A stretch of DNA of 64,000 nucleotides from Marsupella aquatica. Taxonomy: Eukaryota > Plantae > Marchantiophyta. Below, piece by piece: positions 49,761-63,229 of the stretch; the stretch's first letter is position 1; each line of letters opens with the position of its first letter. The stretch spans positions 13,718,359 to 13,782,358 of the forward strand of contig OZ316893.1 of NCBI GenBank assembly GCA_973895155.1. Reading direction: 5' to 3'. The translations under genes were made by a program, and so were the position numbers. Below the pieces are notes generated by a model, which saw nothing but the letters and a program-made list of their open reading frames with translations, did no database searches and was not told the origin of the DNA.

Positions 49761-52700
49761 TCATCGCTTAACCATCGAAGGTCTGTTAGTTATTGCTCTC
49801 GCCCTCCCGTCAAGAGCTTTCTCGCCATTGACTTCAAGATCATGCCTGCATTTAAAACGAAGCGTAGGTCAGCATATAATTTAATGATTATTTTCCACCT
49901 GGAAACCATCCTCCACAGTTCGCCACAAGTGCTTTACTCAGATCGAAGGGTAGGAGTCCATACAGCAAAACTTCTCGTTTCCCAAAGCTGAGGACTGTCT
50001 TGGCAGATCTATACAAATTAGCACCTATAACACGACCTTGAGTAAACACTAAAGAAGTCGAAGTGTTCATTTGCCAATTCTGCAACATTTATCTCAAGGT
50101 AGAACAGACTCATCACCGACTTGGATAATCCAATCAATTATTTCTTTCAAGTAGACTCCATCACCTAAACTATATAAAGAATAGAACCAGATAGGAAAGA
50201 TTACTTACTGAAATACAAAATCAGGTATTGTCAACTGCTCCCTAGGTACGTATCTAAAGAGATCCAGAAGCCTCTCTACATAAACGACTTTCTTCCAAAC
50301 CTGTGCCAGCACAAAAGCTTAGTATGAAGAAGAAGAAAAAAGGCAACATCGGAGTTGCAAGCACTAGTGGAAGACTCTAGAATATTTTCCACCTATTTTT
50401 CTTTTGGTGAATAGAGATTATGCTTGGCTACACTTAACTGACGCTGTGGCTACAGCATCGCCAAACACTATCTAAAATTCAGCACCCTATTGAATTTTTT
50501 TCAGTTATTTCTATGTTCAAACAGACATCGCTTCAATTATGCTCATGCTACAATGTGTACAATGCTAAAGGGTACCACCAATAAGCAGTAGATCTCCCTA
50601 TTACGGGAGCCTTAGACGTATAACTTTGAGAAATCCTTTTCATAAGAAGAGTTAATGTAGGTGATCAAATCCCACTACCTAAACCTATCAAGGTAATAAT
50701 TCCACATGGCACAAGGGTGCTTACTCACCTCTGGCTCTACTAGCATCTGTAAGGCGATGATGGTAGCCCGTAATCCCAAAGTGGGATGCAAGACATACAA
50801 CGCCTGCAAAACGCAACATTTTTTTTAACTTAATCAAGGCTTTTGTCAGCTCATTTTCCTGATCTTAGAGTCAAAATTCAATGAAGTGCTCCCCTTACAA
50901 GAGCGCGTTTGCTCAGACACCGGACAAAATAAGATGTCTAGAAATAGGAGGCCCCAACAGGTTTTCAGGTAACGTACGTGCAGGTTGATCTTGTGCCTAC
51001 GACCCAAAATTTGTTCAAGCCGCTTTATCCAGCCAAGGTCCGGCTGCCTGCACAAAAGAATGTCAACTTTATCGATATGATTCAATAAATGAAGCATAGG
51101 CGGTATCCGTATATGGCAGTTGCAGCCCTAGATCTGCTTCAAACTAAACCAGCAGAATCCATGCCAACCACGTGCGAACTTTAAACAGTCATCCTTGCGA
51201 TGTGGATCTCAAAATGATTATTACATTTGCAATGAGGCTGCAGAGTGAAAATACACTATTGTGAAAGGTCGATGTATCAAGGCTTCAAATTCCTGCAAAA
51301 GAGAAACAAATAGGACGACGCAAATCAATAAATAAATCGATGTGAACTCACAATCAAGGATTTCACTGACAATTGAAAGAAAATTACGTGACAGAGGGGC
51401 AGGGCCAATCTGATAATGAGAAAAATCAAGCTCACCTTTACAACATATAGAACAAAGCGCTCCAAGTCAAGACATCGCAGAAGAAAATGTGCGCCCACAA
51501 CCACCATGACTGGACGACCATCCATATCCACGCCGCCTCGGTAACTGCCAAGGCAACAATAACTCTTAGTACAGTCCACCAAAATCTGCTACCGATTCTC
51601 GTCCAGCCATATTAAAGCAATGATGAATCACATCAGATATGCAACTTCAAAATACAAAATCAGCAAGAAACCTAGATCTGAAGCAAACAGTTAAAGCTCA
51701 TTAAGGACCATTGTTTCCTAGCAGGCCCCAATCGGACGAACTTACATGATTTTCATTTCTGCAACTTCTGTCAAATTAATTGCATTTGCCCTTGCCAGGT
51801 ATCTGGCGTGCAATGAATCTTCTTCCGCAATAGAAAGGGCAGGAGCTCCCACACCACCCAGCCCGACCCATCTACTCCAACCCCAACCTGCCTGCGCGTG
51901 AGCAGCCTTCTCCCATTGTTCCTTTCGTCTTTGATCAGGATCTCTGGTCATGGACATAAAAACTGGATCCACGAGTGCATCTAATGTTTCATTCCTACAA
52001 GACAAGAAAACGCTTTAGCAAGAACATGGACTTGGCGCTTAGGCATGCAATTCATTAAATCAAAACCCAAGTGATTATTTTCACTACTTCCTTGTTGACT
52101 ACTGCCTTAAAATTTACCTCAAGCCACCCTACCCACTACATTAGGCTTAGAAAGATTTGCCATGAGCTTACATACAAATGGTTACCATGTCAAGATATTA
52201 ACAAGTGTCGTTGAAACTTTCCAATCAGGGGTGAAGAAAGAAAGCCAACCAGGTACCCAAAAAACGAGGCATGCACTTCCTTTGCAAAATACGAAGGTAC
52301 TATTCCCCCATCCCATGCCTTCACACTCTGTACACTTGTGACGTCAAGTACACGTCGAAGAGAGACAAAATTATCATTACAAATGACACTCAGAAATCTC
52401 TAATGTTTTCTAGACAAACCACAAAGCCGTGTGTGGAAAGCAAGCTTCACCTCTTCGTTATCACTGGCCTCTGACTTAGGTTGACATCCCCAGGAACTGC
52501 CGTTGACCAGTTAGGAGACAAAGGCTGAATAGATGGAAATCCAGATATTCTGATTTTACGCTCTTTGATCACTGTTTCTCCATTTTCATCTCCAACGTCT
52601 GCGGGTAGCTTTGCAATCGCCATCTCCTCCTCCAGTTTATCTCGAGGAAAATACAGTGGGAGCAACCTGCGTGATCGTTGGATGGTTAACGGCCATTCCA

Positions 52701-54868
52701 ATCACCTTAAAATTCTACATTCGGAGCTTATCAGAGCTTACCACCCCACATTCAAATCAAAGTTCTCGACGGTTTGTTTACTCAAATTAAGACCATCAAC
52801 CTACTTTCGCCACAATTAACCATCAAGAGATTCTTCGTACGGTCTTTCCACACAACCCACCTCAAGGTTGATTTGATTGTTGAAACTAGTTCCGATAGAA
52901 AAATTTAATGGTATCATCTCCCGGTCACAACTTTGGCAACATGATTTTCCAGTCACTGCATAACATTTTGACAAACGGATTCAATGAGGGCAAATGCATA
53001 CCTTTTGTAGATTTCAGTATCATTTGTCGTGACAGTGCAGAAAACCACTGCAGTGACCCTGTCCTTATGCTTTTCAAGAAATCGCCGAACCGTCCCTGGA
53101 CATAACTTCCCAAAATCAGATAACGACGAGGACTACGATAGTTGGAGCAAAACTAAATGGACCCCGGAAGTATAGCTCAATTTGACTTTGTTTGTTACTT
53201 ACGAATTGCTACATGGGCAGCAGGCTCCCGAGGATACCCTTTCACTTCAGTATAGATACAGCCTAAAGCAATGCTGCGGAGGAACAGAAAAAACACTGTG
53301 TCAACTACGCTGGGAAATAGCGAGGCAATGAAACGGAGCCTTTAATTATGTAACACATTGCTTGTGGCCATATGTCTGAAATGCTGAAACGATGGAAAAC
53401 ATAACATCGCAACTGCTAGGAGGTATAGATCCGATTGCCTATAAATAACTTGAATGTGAAGGGGCACAATCAAACCTAGAGAGGCCTTGTTCGAGGAGAA
53501 GCTCAAGGCAAGATCTGTAGCAATGGCTCAACGCATTTTCAGCGGCTGTATGGTACTTCTGTGCGTATCTTGGGCCCACAGTGTGAATGATCCGCCTGAA
53601 CGTTCCAACTCGAAAATTTTCCATCAGGCAATGCACTCCAAAAATTGATCCAAAAACTAAGCCCTTATCGGATACATAGAACAATCTCTCAGTAATCTGA
53701 GAAGTAAGACAGACTCGACCAAGCCCAGTGCTCACCTTGCAGGCAGATCATAACCACTTGTGACTTTAGCTAATCCAGTTCTGCATCCCCCCTGTTCAAG
53801 TCATGCAAAGTTCAATGAATCAAGACCCCGGGAATTGAGAGACCTCTAAAGAAACTTGGCCCTAAACAATGTATTTAAAATCCACAAAGAACCAGCGAAA
53901 GAAGGCGAATCTACAGACCACCTAATGACCAACAACAAGACTTACCAACGTGGAACACTCCTCAGCCAGGCCAGGCCCAGCAGCCTGATGCAACCCTGGA
54001 CTACTGTGTACTTCATCCAGATTCTGCAAAAACAAATTTGCAGGTTTAATATACTAACGAACGAACGACACTAGAGAAGAATAAAAAAGTGGGAAGCTGC
54101 AAGCGAGTACGACAAGGGCTAAATAAATCTACCATAAATCCCTAAAAGCACCACACTGGCAGAACGGAGAGAATTTACGGTTCGCTGAGTTTTTACCACA
54201 CGTAATTTAGAAATAGAAAACCCAGAAGAGAATTTCGAACGGTTTGGGACTAGAACAGTTTTGAACATCCGAAGTCATTCCCTCGAGAAGTCGTTCCAAT
54301 CTAACCTAAACTGAGATCCCCAACGCTCAAGATTTTCGGCTTCCTACTCGTCCCACAAAGCTCTACACTACACTGGACGGCCGCAATGTAGTGGTGCCAC
54401 ATCAATGCTTTCCTTGACAAATTCGAAGGTAGAAGGCATCGCAAGTTCGGCTGAGGGATTTAAAGTTGGAGGCCGGTATCAATGCTGCTATGGAAATGAA
54501 GCCTAAGGTGCTTTACAACAACTTACCTCGTTAGTCGAGTTGACAACGGCATCCACTTCTAGCAGCCACGGCTGACCACGCCACAGATAAATCTTCTCAT
54601 TAATCTCATCATCCCACACAAACTTTGCGCTCCTCCCCCCGACGGTTCCAGAGCTTCCATTCTCAGAGGCCGCCGAAATAGAAGTCAAAGGATCAACAAA
54701 TGAGCGATCCGGAGACGAAGATCCACTGCTTTGGTTCTCGTCCGAAGCGTCAGATGGCCGCCCTTCCTGCTCGTTCCATCGCGGGACCTGATCCAATTTC
54801 ACCACATGATCAGCCCCAGCCGCGGCCCCGCTGCTCCGGCTGCTCACTCTGGTATACATTGCGCTCAT
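49761..54868 (-). CDS. GDAP2: GDAP2-like protein (Macro/Appr-1''-p domain plus CRAL-TRIO domain), 14 exons
   Basis: Approximate exons: 54868(or 54859)-54527 (IYLWRGQPWLLEVDAVVNSTNE), 54023-53946, 53791-53736 (GGCRTGLAKVTSGYDLPAR), 53595-53476 (IIHTVGPRYAQKYHTAAENALSHCYRS), 53273-53201, 53095-53002, 52666-52450 (LLPLYFPRD), 51995-51745, 51546-51436, 51292-51217, 51047-50988, 50803-50729 (LYVLHPT), 50301-50206, 49845-49761. Confidence 0.95.
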
Positions 54869-56149
54869 CGACCCGGCGCATTCCGCTATTCCCCCTCCTG
54901 TTTGTCTGCGATCACCGCTCCTTTCCTCCTCGTCATGCCCTAACTCGCCTTCCCTTCTCTCCTTCCCATCGCTCCGTCCCCCAACCCCCCTCCCATCAAT
55001 TGACCGGATATAAATCACGAAACAATTTTTTCCAAAATTCGAAAGAAGCGATGCCCGACCCTAGATTCCGTGTCACCAGATTCCAAAACACCCTACGTCT
55101 TCCTGTATCGATCCTCCTCGCCACCACCACCACCACCCTGACGCATCCAACAAACACGTCAAAACTCGCCTACACAGATTCAAACCAAACTCCACACCAT
55201 GGATCTCATCTCATCTCCTCATCTCCTTCTCCTCGTCCACCTTCCCCTGAGCTATGAAGCGACTGCCAATTCCACAATGCACTCACACTCTCCGACGCGC
55301 TAGATCGCACAACAGCTGCCTACCGAGCCGAGCCGTGTTGAGTCCACGTTTCCAATCGCTCTACCGGTGGTTCTCTCCTTTGTTCCTTCGTTCCTTCACG
55401 CTATTACTATTGCAACCCCTCTCTCCCTTTCTTCCTCGTGTGCCTCGCTTTCTTCTCCTCCGCTGGATGGAAATGAAAGCTCGCCCAACTCACTTTTCGC
55501 TCCTCGATGATTCCATTATTCGTTGCTCCTCCTCCAGTCCAGCCAGCCCTCCTCTTCGTGCAGGGATCCTGCTTTCCGCGCACGGCTTCTGCTACTGCTA
55601 CTGAATTGCTACTGGACCCGTCTCCACACTTTTGCAAAAGCATAAACAAAAATTTGTCTCCGGTCCTACTACTCCTCGTGCCGCAGCCCGAATCTGACGT
55701 CGTCGCCACCTCGCCAGCCAGCTTCTGCCGATCGGCACAGAGAAACGAAGCTCCTCCAAACTCGATCTGCCATTAATCCTCCACTCCGCTTGCCACTACA
55801 CTACTAGTACTGTGGTGATGCTACTTTCCATCATTCTTCGCTTTTCCTTCGTGCACGACTCAACTTATAAAGCCCCTGCCCTGTCCCCCCAGGGCTTGCT
55901 TGCCCCCTCACGGCCTGTCCCTCACGGCCTGTCCCTCCGGCAGAACGACCGGAAGGACCTTTCCTACTCTCCCAGCGCCGGTGACTAGCACTGGTCTACC
56001 TGCCCAGTCTCGCGCTGCCGGGGCTGGACCGACGTTACCGTCGCTGGCTCTCAGGTGCGGATGTAGTGCTTCTAGGTTCGCGCACTACCATAGCTACTAT
56101 CAGATACTTTCGTTGTGCTCGTGTGTTTAATATGGGGTAATGACGCATT

Positions 56150-56325
56150 GCTATGGGGTTACTAGTCTCTAACTAATGACAGATTGGTTTGGTTTGGGGT
56201 TACTAGTGTGTAACCCTATGCTGGTGTGTTTAGGTTACTAGTGTGTAACTAATGACGGATTGGTGTGGTTTGGGGTTACTAGTCTGTAACTAATGACGGA
56301 TTGGTCCGGGGTTACTAACTGTCTC
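56150..56325. repeat. ~41-bp degenerate tandem repeat (ggggttactagtgtgtaactaatgacggattggt...)
   Basis: About 4-5 copies read directly. Confidence 0.8.
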
Positions 56326-56328
56326 TAA

Positions 56329-56830
56329 CCTTGTGACCAGAAAGTGAGAAAATGTTGATTGGTGGCAATGGGGAAGTTTTTCTAAGCTTTATGGGAACAG
56401 GTTTCCTAGAGGGTAATGCAGGTCTGGGCACAGGGTTACTAGGCTGTAACCTTGCGTCCGGAATATGAAAAGAAGTTGACCGGTGGCAGCCGGAAAGCTT
56501 CTTTGAATATTCCGGGAGCAGGTTACATACTATAACCCCAGCCCTGCCCTGCATTATCGTACGTAACTCCTGCCCGGAAAGAGGTTACCGGTTCAACTTT
56601 TCAGGAGAACAGATTATGACTATAGCAGGCCCCCTGCAGAAATGGTTACACACCGGTAACCTCTTCTCCTCACAGGATTTACATACAGGTAACCCCAACC
56701 CAAACAGTCATTATCATAAGTAATATATACTCCTAAATACAATTACAAGGCAAGATTTTTTGGGCACAGGGTTATGGAAATGGTGGCACCTAGTAGAAAA
56801 GGTTATACACATGTAACCTTTCTTCCTCAC
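56329..56830 (+). repeat. Dispersed repeat; an inverted, internally deleted copy lies at 63465-63683
   Basis: ccttgtgaccagaaagtgag...gggaacaggtt (56329-56403) and ggcaagattt...ggttatggaaatggtggcacctag...gtaaccttt (56750-56822) match the reverse complement of 63610-63683 and 63470-63545. Confidence 0.85.
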
Positions 56831-57299
56831 AAGAATTAGGTGAGTTGAAGAGTATATTGTACATCAATCTCAATTGAAAAATGAGCATTGCAAAATGAGA
56901 AGAAGCGGGAGTTAATCATGGCCCTTCATCAAAATCTTACTTTTTGCAGCATCAGATTCCCCAAGACACTCGGACCTCCTTTCTCAGATATGTGCACAGC
57001 TGTAATGAGCTTTGCCCTCCCCTACCTAAAATCAAAATTTTTTAAACTACATACAAAAACATATTCAAGAAATTTTGAAAAATGAAATTGAGACTTGGGA
57101 AACCTAAAAATATTTATTTTTTAGTTTAAAACATTTAGAACAAAACTAAAACCTTTGCTCCTATTGTGCGACAGTGGTTAGACTCTGCAATGTGGTCACC
57201 TTCACCTATCTTGCGCCTTTGTGCTCTGACCTTCATCCTCCTTGACAACAACCAGCGAGACCACAATGATAACATTTTTGCAACAAATACAACCCAGCC

Positions 57300-57648
57300 A
57301 ATATGACAAGATTTTCATAGTCACAAACAATGATAAACAAATGTAGTGGTTTTTCAACTTGATAGCATTACAAATTTGATGTTTTCCATGCTAAAACAAT
57401 CTTTTATGCAATGATGTCTTCTATTATGACATGTTTTATTTTATGCAAAGATGTCTTTTAAACAATGAAACCCTAAATGCAACACCTCTTTTGTGGAACA
57501 GTCTCTTTCACTCAACATCTTTACAAAATGGCTTTTGTTACATATTGACATCATTTGCACAACTACATCTCTCACACAATGTCATCTTTTATGTGAAGAC
57601 ATATTTTGTGCTGCGACTTGTTAAGTGCAACACATGGTATTGAGCTAG
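57300..57648 (+). mobile_element. Older degenerate non-autonomous Helitron 3' end
   Basis: gtgcaacacatggtattgagCTAG|t at 57625-57648, preceded by decayed acatcttt repeats. Confidence 0.6.
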
Positions 57649-57939
57649 TAGGAATAATACAGGGACTCAAGTATCAGATGGGTCATTTGTGGAGCAGACA
57701 CAATCCCTTTGAGTCAAGCCGCAGGTTAGTTTCATGGGTAATCTATCTTCTTAAGTTGATATCTTGCACCATTGTAATAGCCAACCCATTGTAGTAGTTA
57801 TCTTAATAGGGCATCTCAATGCTGACAATTTGATGGACGTTAACTCCCTAGTTATGAGTTATGGACACAAAAAGTTACTGACTATGAAATTATTAATCCA
57901 TAACTCTTTGCCATAAGGATTAGTAGTATGCCATTACCA

Positions 57940-60900
57940 TCAAGAACTATAATACAAGGTTGCGCCTTTTTATGCAGTGGTCGTCATTCAAATTTGGAGT
58001 AGCTTTTGGGGTGAAGAAAACAGAAACTGCAAAAAGTGAAAGCAATAAAGAACAAATGAATTATATTTAGTGTGAATGAAAAAGTGAATTCACGTGTCCC
58101 CAAACTAGAAGGAAAAAGACAAAGCCTTCTCTTTACCATCCATGTATACAAATTATATGCTCTTCCCTCTACTATACACGTTATACCATGTCCCTCCCTC
58201 TACCATCCATGCTACCTCTTAACTCCTTCTACCATCCATGCAATACCATGCTCCTCCCTCTACCATCCATGCATATGGGGCTACATAATGATAGTAGTTT
58301 AATTGCAAATATCACATAGTCAATCAAGTAGAGCATAATCTAATCAATGAGAGAAAAAGAGACCAAAAAGTAATAAAACAGAGGGAAACAAAGGAGGGGG
58401 GGTTGGTTGGTTGGTTGGTTTGGGGTGGTTTGTTGAGCTTTGAAAGGGAAAAAATGACAAAAGCAAAGAGAAAAATCATTGTCACTGTGTTATACTTTGG
58501 TGGTTGATGTGGCCTCTCTTTTGAGTCATGATATCTTTTACTCAATAACATATTTTATGCAATGAGATCTTTCTAACAAACAAAATCTTTTACTCAAGCT
58601 ATCTTGAGCAACATGGTAATTTTTCTCAACTACATCTTTAGCACAACCTCATCCGTTATGCATTGACATCTTTAGACAAACAATATTGTTTGGTAAATCA
58701 AATGCAAGGGCATTTTGGGTAAAAAACAAAACAAAGAAAAAGACTCGCTCCTTTTCTCATTGACTTTTTACTTCATAACATCTTTCCCATAACGACAACT
58801 TGGGTGAAACGACACCTTTTTTCTTATAACGTCTTTTACTTCACCATATCTTTGGCAAAATGACACCTTTTTCTTATCACCATCTTTCACATAATGGCAT
58901 CTTTGGCAAAATTACTTCTTTTTACTTAACAACATCTTTTTATTTCATGACATCTTTCACATAACAACATCTTGAGCAACACAATCTTTTGTGCAACGCA
59001 CGGGTATTTTCCCTCAACAATGTCTTGGCCGACACGACATCTTTTCTCTCAATGACGTCTTTGCCAACACGACATCTTTTTCTCAATGACATCTTGGCTG
59101 ACATGACAATTTTTTTCTTGACGACATCTTGCCCGACATGACATCTTTTTTCTGAAAGGACTTCTTGGCTAACACGACACATTTTTTCTCAATGATCTCT
59201 TGGCCGACACGACATCTTTTTTTCTCAACGACCTCTTGGTCGACACGACATCTTTTCGATCTCTCCACGACCTCTTGGCTGATATGACATATTTTCTCTC
59301 AACAACCTCTTGGCCAAAATGACAATTTTTTAACGACATTTTTACCGACTTGATTTCTTTTGTGCAACGCACGGGTATTGAGCTAGAAACAGTGGTGGAC
59401 CTTGCCACCCAGCGCCCTCACCGATCCCAGCACTCACGTTTAAGTGCCCTTGGTGCCTGAACGCCTCCACGGAATACCTCGAGCAAGCACCCTAGTGCCC
59501 CTTGCACCACCAGCGGCCCCTCGCATACGAAGCTGCATTTGCTCTCCTACACAACCGCTACTCCACGGTCTTCACTGTCTGCACAAGCAACCAAGCATCT
59601 CGGTAAGTAACCCCTTTGGATCTAGAACTCGCCAAGTCTAGCATCCTAACTCAAGCTCAACAAACGTTGGTACATAGGTCAGCGATAGGTCCTCCCGATG
59701 CCATAAGCCGGAACCAGAGCCCACACCCAATGTTCGTCCAGAACAGCTCCTTCCTTGGGCGCGGCCCGGGTTCCCCCTCATACCTATCCATCACCAACTG
59801 ACCGCCCTGACCTCAGGACATGCTCATGGCCCAATTAGCGTAGCTTGTCCTAAAGCTTGTCTCAAGCTTGTCCCAACATGCCGGGACCAGAATGGGCCCG
59901 ACTCTAGAATCCAACTCCTGGTTCGCTCCACTGATGGTTTGGGGGCCGAACACTCTTGGGACTCAACCCCCACACCTACTTGGCCTTGCCTCCCCAATGC
60001 CAACTCCCTAGGGAGACTGAACGCGGCTTGGCTGCTGTTCAACGGGATTTGGCAAGCGGGCAAGTTAACACCCGCAAGCCCCAAGAGCCCAAGGTACCCC
60101 CAGACCCATCTAAGCTCAGGAGGGCGTAGCCTTTCTCAAGAGCTTTCCAACGCACCCAAGAAGCCCTCCAACAGACTTCCCGTTGGGAAGATATCGCCGT
60201 TTCCGTTTGACGGTTTCCCTTAGTGTCGCGACTGCCGTGGCTCACGACTTTGGCTCGCCCTTAGCCCCCAGGGAGACACCACTCCCCTCATATATGGTTC
60301 TGGAGACCTGCCACCCCCGGACCAGCTTTGGTCCCTAATCATTTGGCCCCCAACCCGGATCCTATCGCGCATAATGGACGCGCCACCAACTGGCAACGCC
60401 CATAACTTTCTTGATAGGCATCCGCAAGCGGAGTGCCTTAGCCCGTTATGATCGGGCCAACCCGGTGCTCATTGTTGAGCATAGACGACGATCGCAACGG
60501 CAAGCCCATGAACCATCCAACGCACAATAGTCGACACAAGAGATACGTGGTTCACCTCCTTGAGGCTACGTCCACGGGAACACACAAGAGAGCTTTACTG
60601 AACTCTAAGCCCGTCGGCTATACCGAGTCTCCACAGTGTAAGCTCTCTCTATCTCTCAAGTGGCTCCATAACAATGAGCCTTGGTTCTACCTCTCCAAGC
60701 ACACATGCCTCTTATGATATAGTGTGCAACATAGTTGTACCTAACCACATAGTTGTACCTAATCACGTAGCTGTACCTAACCACATAGTTGTACCTAATC
60801 ACGTAGCTGTACCTAACCACGTAGTTATACCAACCCACGTTGTTGTACCAACCACGTCATACCTAACCTAGACGTAAGAGTAAATACCCAACACTCATGC

Positions 60901-63229
60901 CTAGGCCCTCAGGTCTGATCGCCGCTCGGGGCCCCCGACCGGCTGAACCCGGATTGGGCCACAACTTGCGCCCCAAGCGTCCGTTGCCAATGGCGTCCAC
61001 TCCATTGGCCTTGGGCCCAAGAGGAGCTCAAACTCAAGCCCTCAGAACTCAAAGTCCATCCGGAGGTCCGGATGGTCATCCTTGAGCCTGGCCCATTTCT
61101 CCTTGACCCGACTAGCTCTCAACTAGTCCAAGTCCTTAGTGTGTGTCACCAGCTTGGCTCCTTGCCTCGCTAGCGCCACGTCTCGTTGTCCACAAGTCTC
61201 CCCATGCTAAGTCCTCCCCAGATGGCCTATCTGGGCCTGGACCATAAGGGAGCTCGACGTCGGAGTCAGCGACGTCGGAGCTAAGTTTTAAGGTAGTCGA
61301 GTTCCGCGACTGAAACTATAATACAAGGTTGCATTTTTTTTTTAAGTGGTCGTCATTCAAATTTGCAGTGTCCAAAAACATTAATCATGTCAAAGAGAAG
61401 GAATAAAGGCTATATTAAATTTAGTGTGCACCAAAAAAAGTAATAAGTGCATTCCAAACAAGAGGGGAATCAAATGGGACACACAAAAGGAGGGAGCCAA
61501 TGCACATGCAGGAGTATTAAGTAGGTTCATGATCCATACACAAGAAATACAAAAGTACATAATGTATGTGATTTTATATATACTGCAAGTATTACAATAT
61601 TTTATAATATAGTAATAGTAATTTAATTAAAATAGGTTAATTAAACACAATAGGTTAGATGATAGGGAGAATGTCAAAAGCTATAATAAAATGTTACTTT
61701 TTTTATAGCATGGTAGTCATTCAAGTTTTCAATATCCCAAACATGAGAAACTGGAAAGAATCTAACCAACGAGAAGGAATAAAACCAAAAAAATCAATAT
61801 TGTGAATGAAAATGGAGAGCAATGTTTCCAAGCAAAAAATGAATCTAATAGTACAAAGAAAATAGGGAGGGTCTTTAGCAATGCAGGAGTATCAAGGAGA
61901 CCCCCCTTTACCATGTACCACTATAATCCTGATCCTGTCCCTTTACAAACTAAAAAAAGTGCGAATCAATCTTGAATGTTCATCAAAACAATTTTTTTCC
62001 ACACTGTCATATCTATCCATACACCCCTTTTAAAATGCCCAAGCTACCCTTTAACCTTCCCATACCTGCCACAATGAAAAAATTAATCAAATTTTAAATA
62101 AATTTATTCATATATAAATAAATTTATTTTTTTGAAATAATTTGGAATATAAATAAAATATATAGAAAATATTTTCTCATCTTGACATCTTTTCTTCATA
62201 TGAAGATCTTCTCACCTCAAGATCTTTGCTCATCTTGATATATTTTTCCTCACCTCAAAATCTTTTCTCACCTCGACATATATCTTTTCTCTCCTTGACA
62301 TGTTTTCTCATCTTGCCATCTTTTCTCTCCTTGACATATTTTTCTCACCTCAAAATGTTTTTCTCTAATAGATATCTTTTTCTCATCTTGCCATCTTTTC
62401 TCTCCTTGACATATTTTTCTCAACAGGAAATGTTTTTCTCTCATCTACATCTTTTTTCACCTTGACATATTTTCTCACCTCAACATGCATCATTTGTGCA
62501 ATGCATAGGTATCAGGCCCAAGATGTATTTAACAAGATCTTTTACTTTACAACATCTTTGATTAATGACATACTTTATCTATTGACCATTTTGTACTTAA
62601 CAACATCTTTGGCATAACGGCATCATTGGCAACATGACATCTATTTACTTGACAACAATTTTTTACTTGATGACCTTTTCGGCAACATGCCATCTTTGGT
62701 AAAATGACTTCTTTTTCTTAACAATATCATTTTACTTCATGACATCTTTCACATAAGAATATCATTATTGGGAAACACAACATATTTTCTCTTAACAACA
62801 TTTTGGGCGCCACAACATCTGTTTTCTTAACGATATCTTGGGCGCCATGATATCTTTATTTTAACGACATTTTGGGCAACACGTTCATCTTTTTCTTAAC
62901 GACATCTTTTTTGCAACACACGGGTATTTTTCCCTCAACGATGTCTTGGGTGAGACGACATATTTTCCCTCAATGATGTCTTTGCCGACATGACATCTTT
63001 TTTCTCAACGACATCTTGGCCGAAATGTAAACTTTTTTTTCAGCGACTTCTTGGCCAACACAACATCTTTTTTCTCAACTACCTCTTGGCCAACACGCCA
63101 ACACGACATCTTTTGTCTCCACAACCTCTTGGCCGGCAAGACATCTTTTCTCTCAACGACATCTTTTTTTTCTCAACGACATCTTGGCCGACACGACTTC
63201 TTTTGTGCAACGCACAGGTATTGAGCTAG
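57940..63229 (+). mobile_element. Composite non-autonomous Helitron: two Helitron units flanking a GC-rich LTR-like insert
   Basis: Starts A|TCaagaactataatacaagg at 57940 and ends with the hairpin gtgc-aac-gcac plus ggtattgagCTAG|T at 63229. Removing the block restores the host repeat gccattacca|tcaggtca (an A^T target, no TSD). An internal 3' end lies at 59361-59386 and a second 5'-like end (aactataatacaaggttgc) at ~61313. Subterminal ~32-bp repeats (acgacatctttttctcaacgacatcttggccg) at 58780-59350 and 62520-63200. Confidence 0.8.
59387..61311 (-). mobile_element. GC-rich LTR-retrotransposon-like fragment; putative ~1.09-kb LTR at 60224-61311 plus adjacent internal sequence
   Basis: Short terminal inverted motif TGTCGCG (60224)...CCGCGAC (61310), TATA-like ctatatcataagagg on the minus strand (~60720), an internal 18-bp tandem repeat (60730-60870) and a sharp compositional contrast with the AT-rich flanks. 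No gag/pol motif or clear PBS was recognised. Confidence 0.45.

Noticed and set aside
54869-55018. N-terminal extension of GDAP2 in ORF 54503-55018
   Set aside because: It starts at a non-ATG codon and is purine-rich leader sequence. The ATG at 54868 or 54859 fits homolog N-termini better.
60112-60132. Resemblance to miR390 (aagctcaggaggg)
   Set aside because: Only the first 13 nt match, no complementary star arm was seen nearby, and it lies within a transposon-like fragment.
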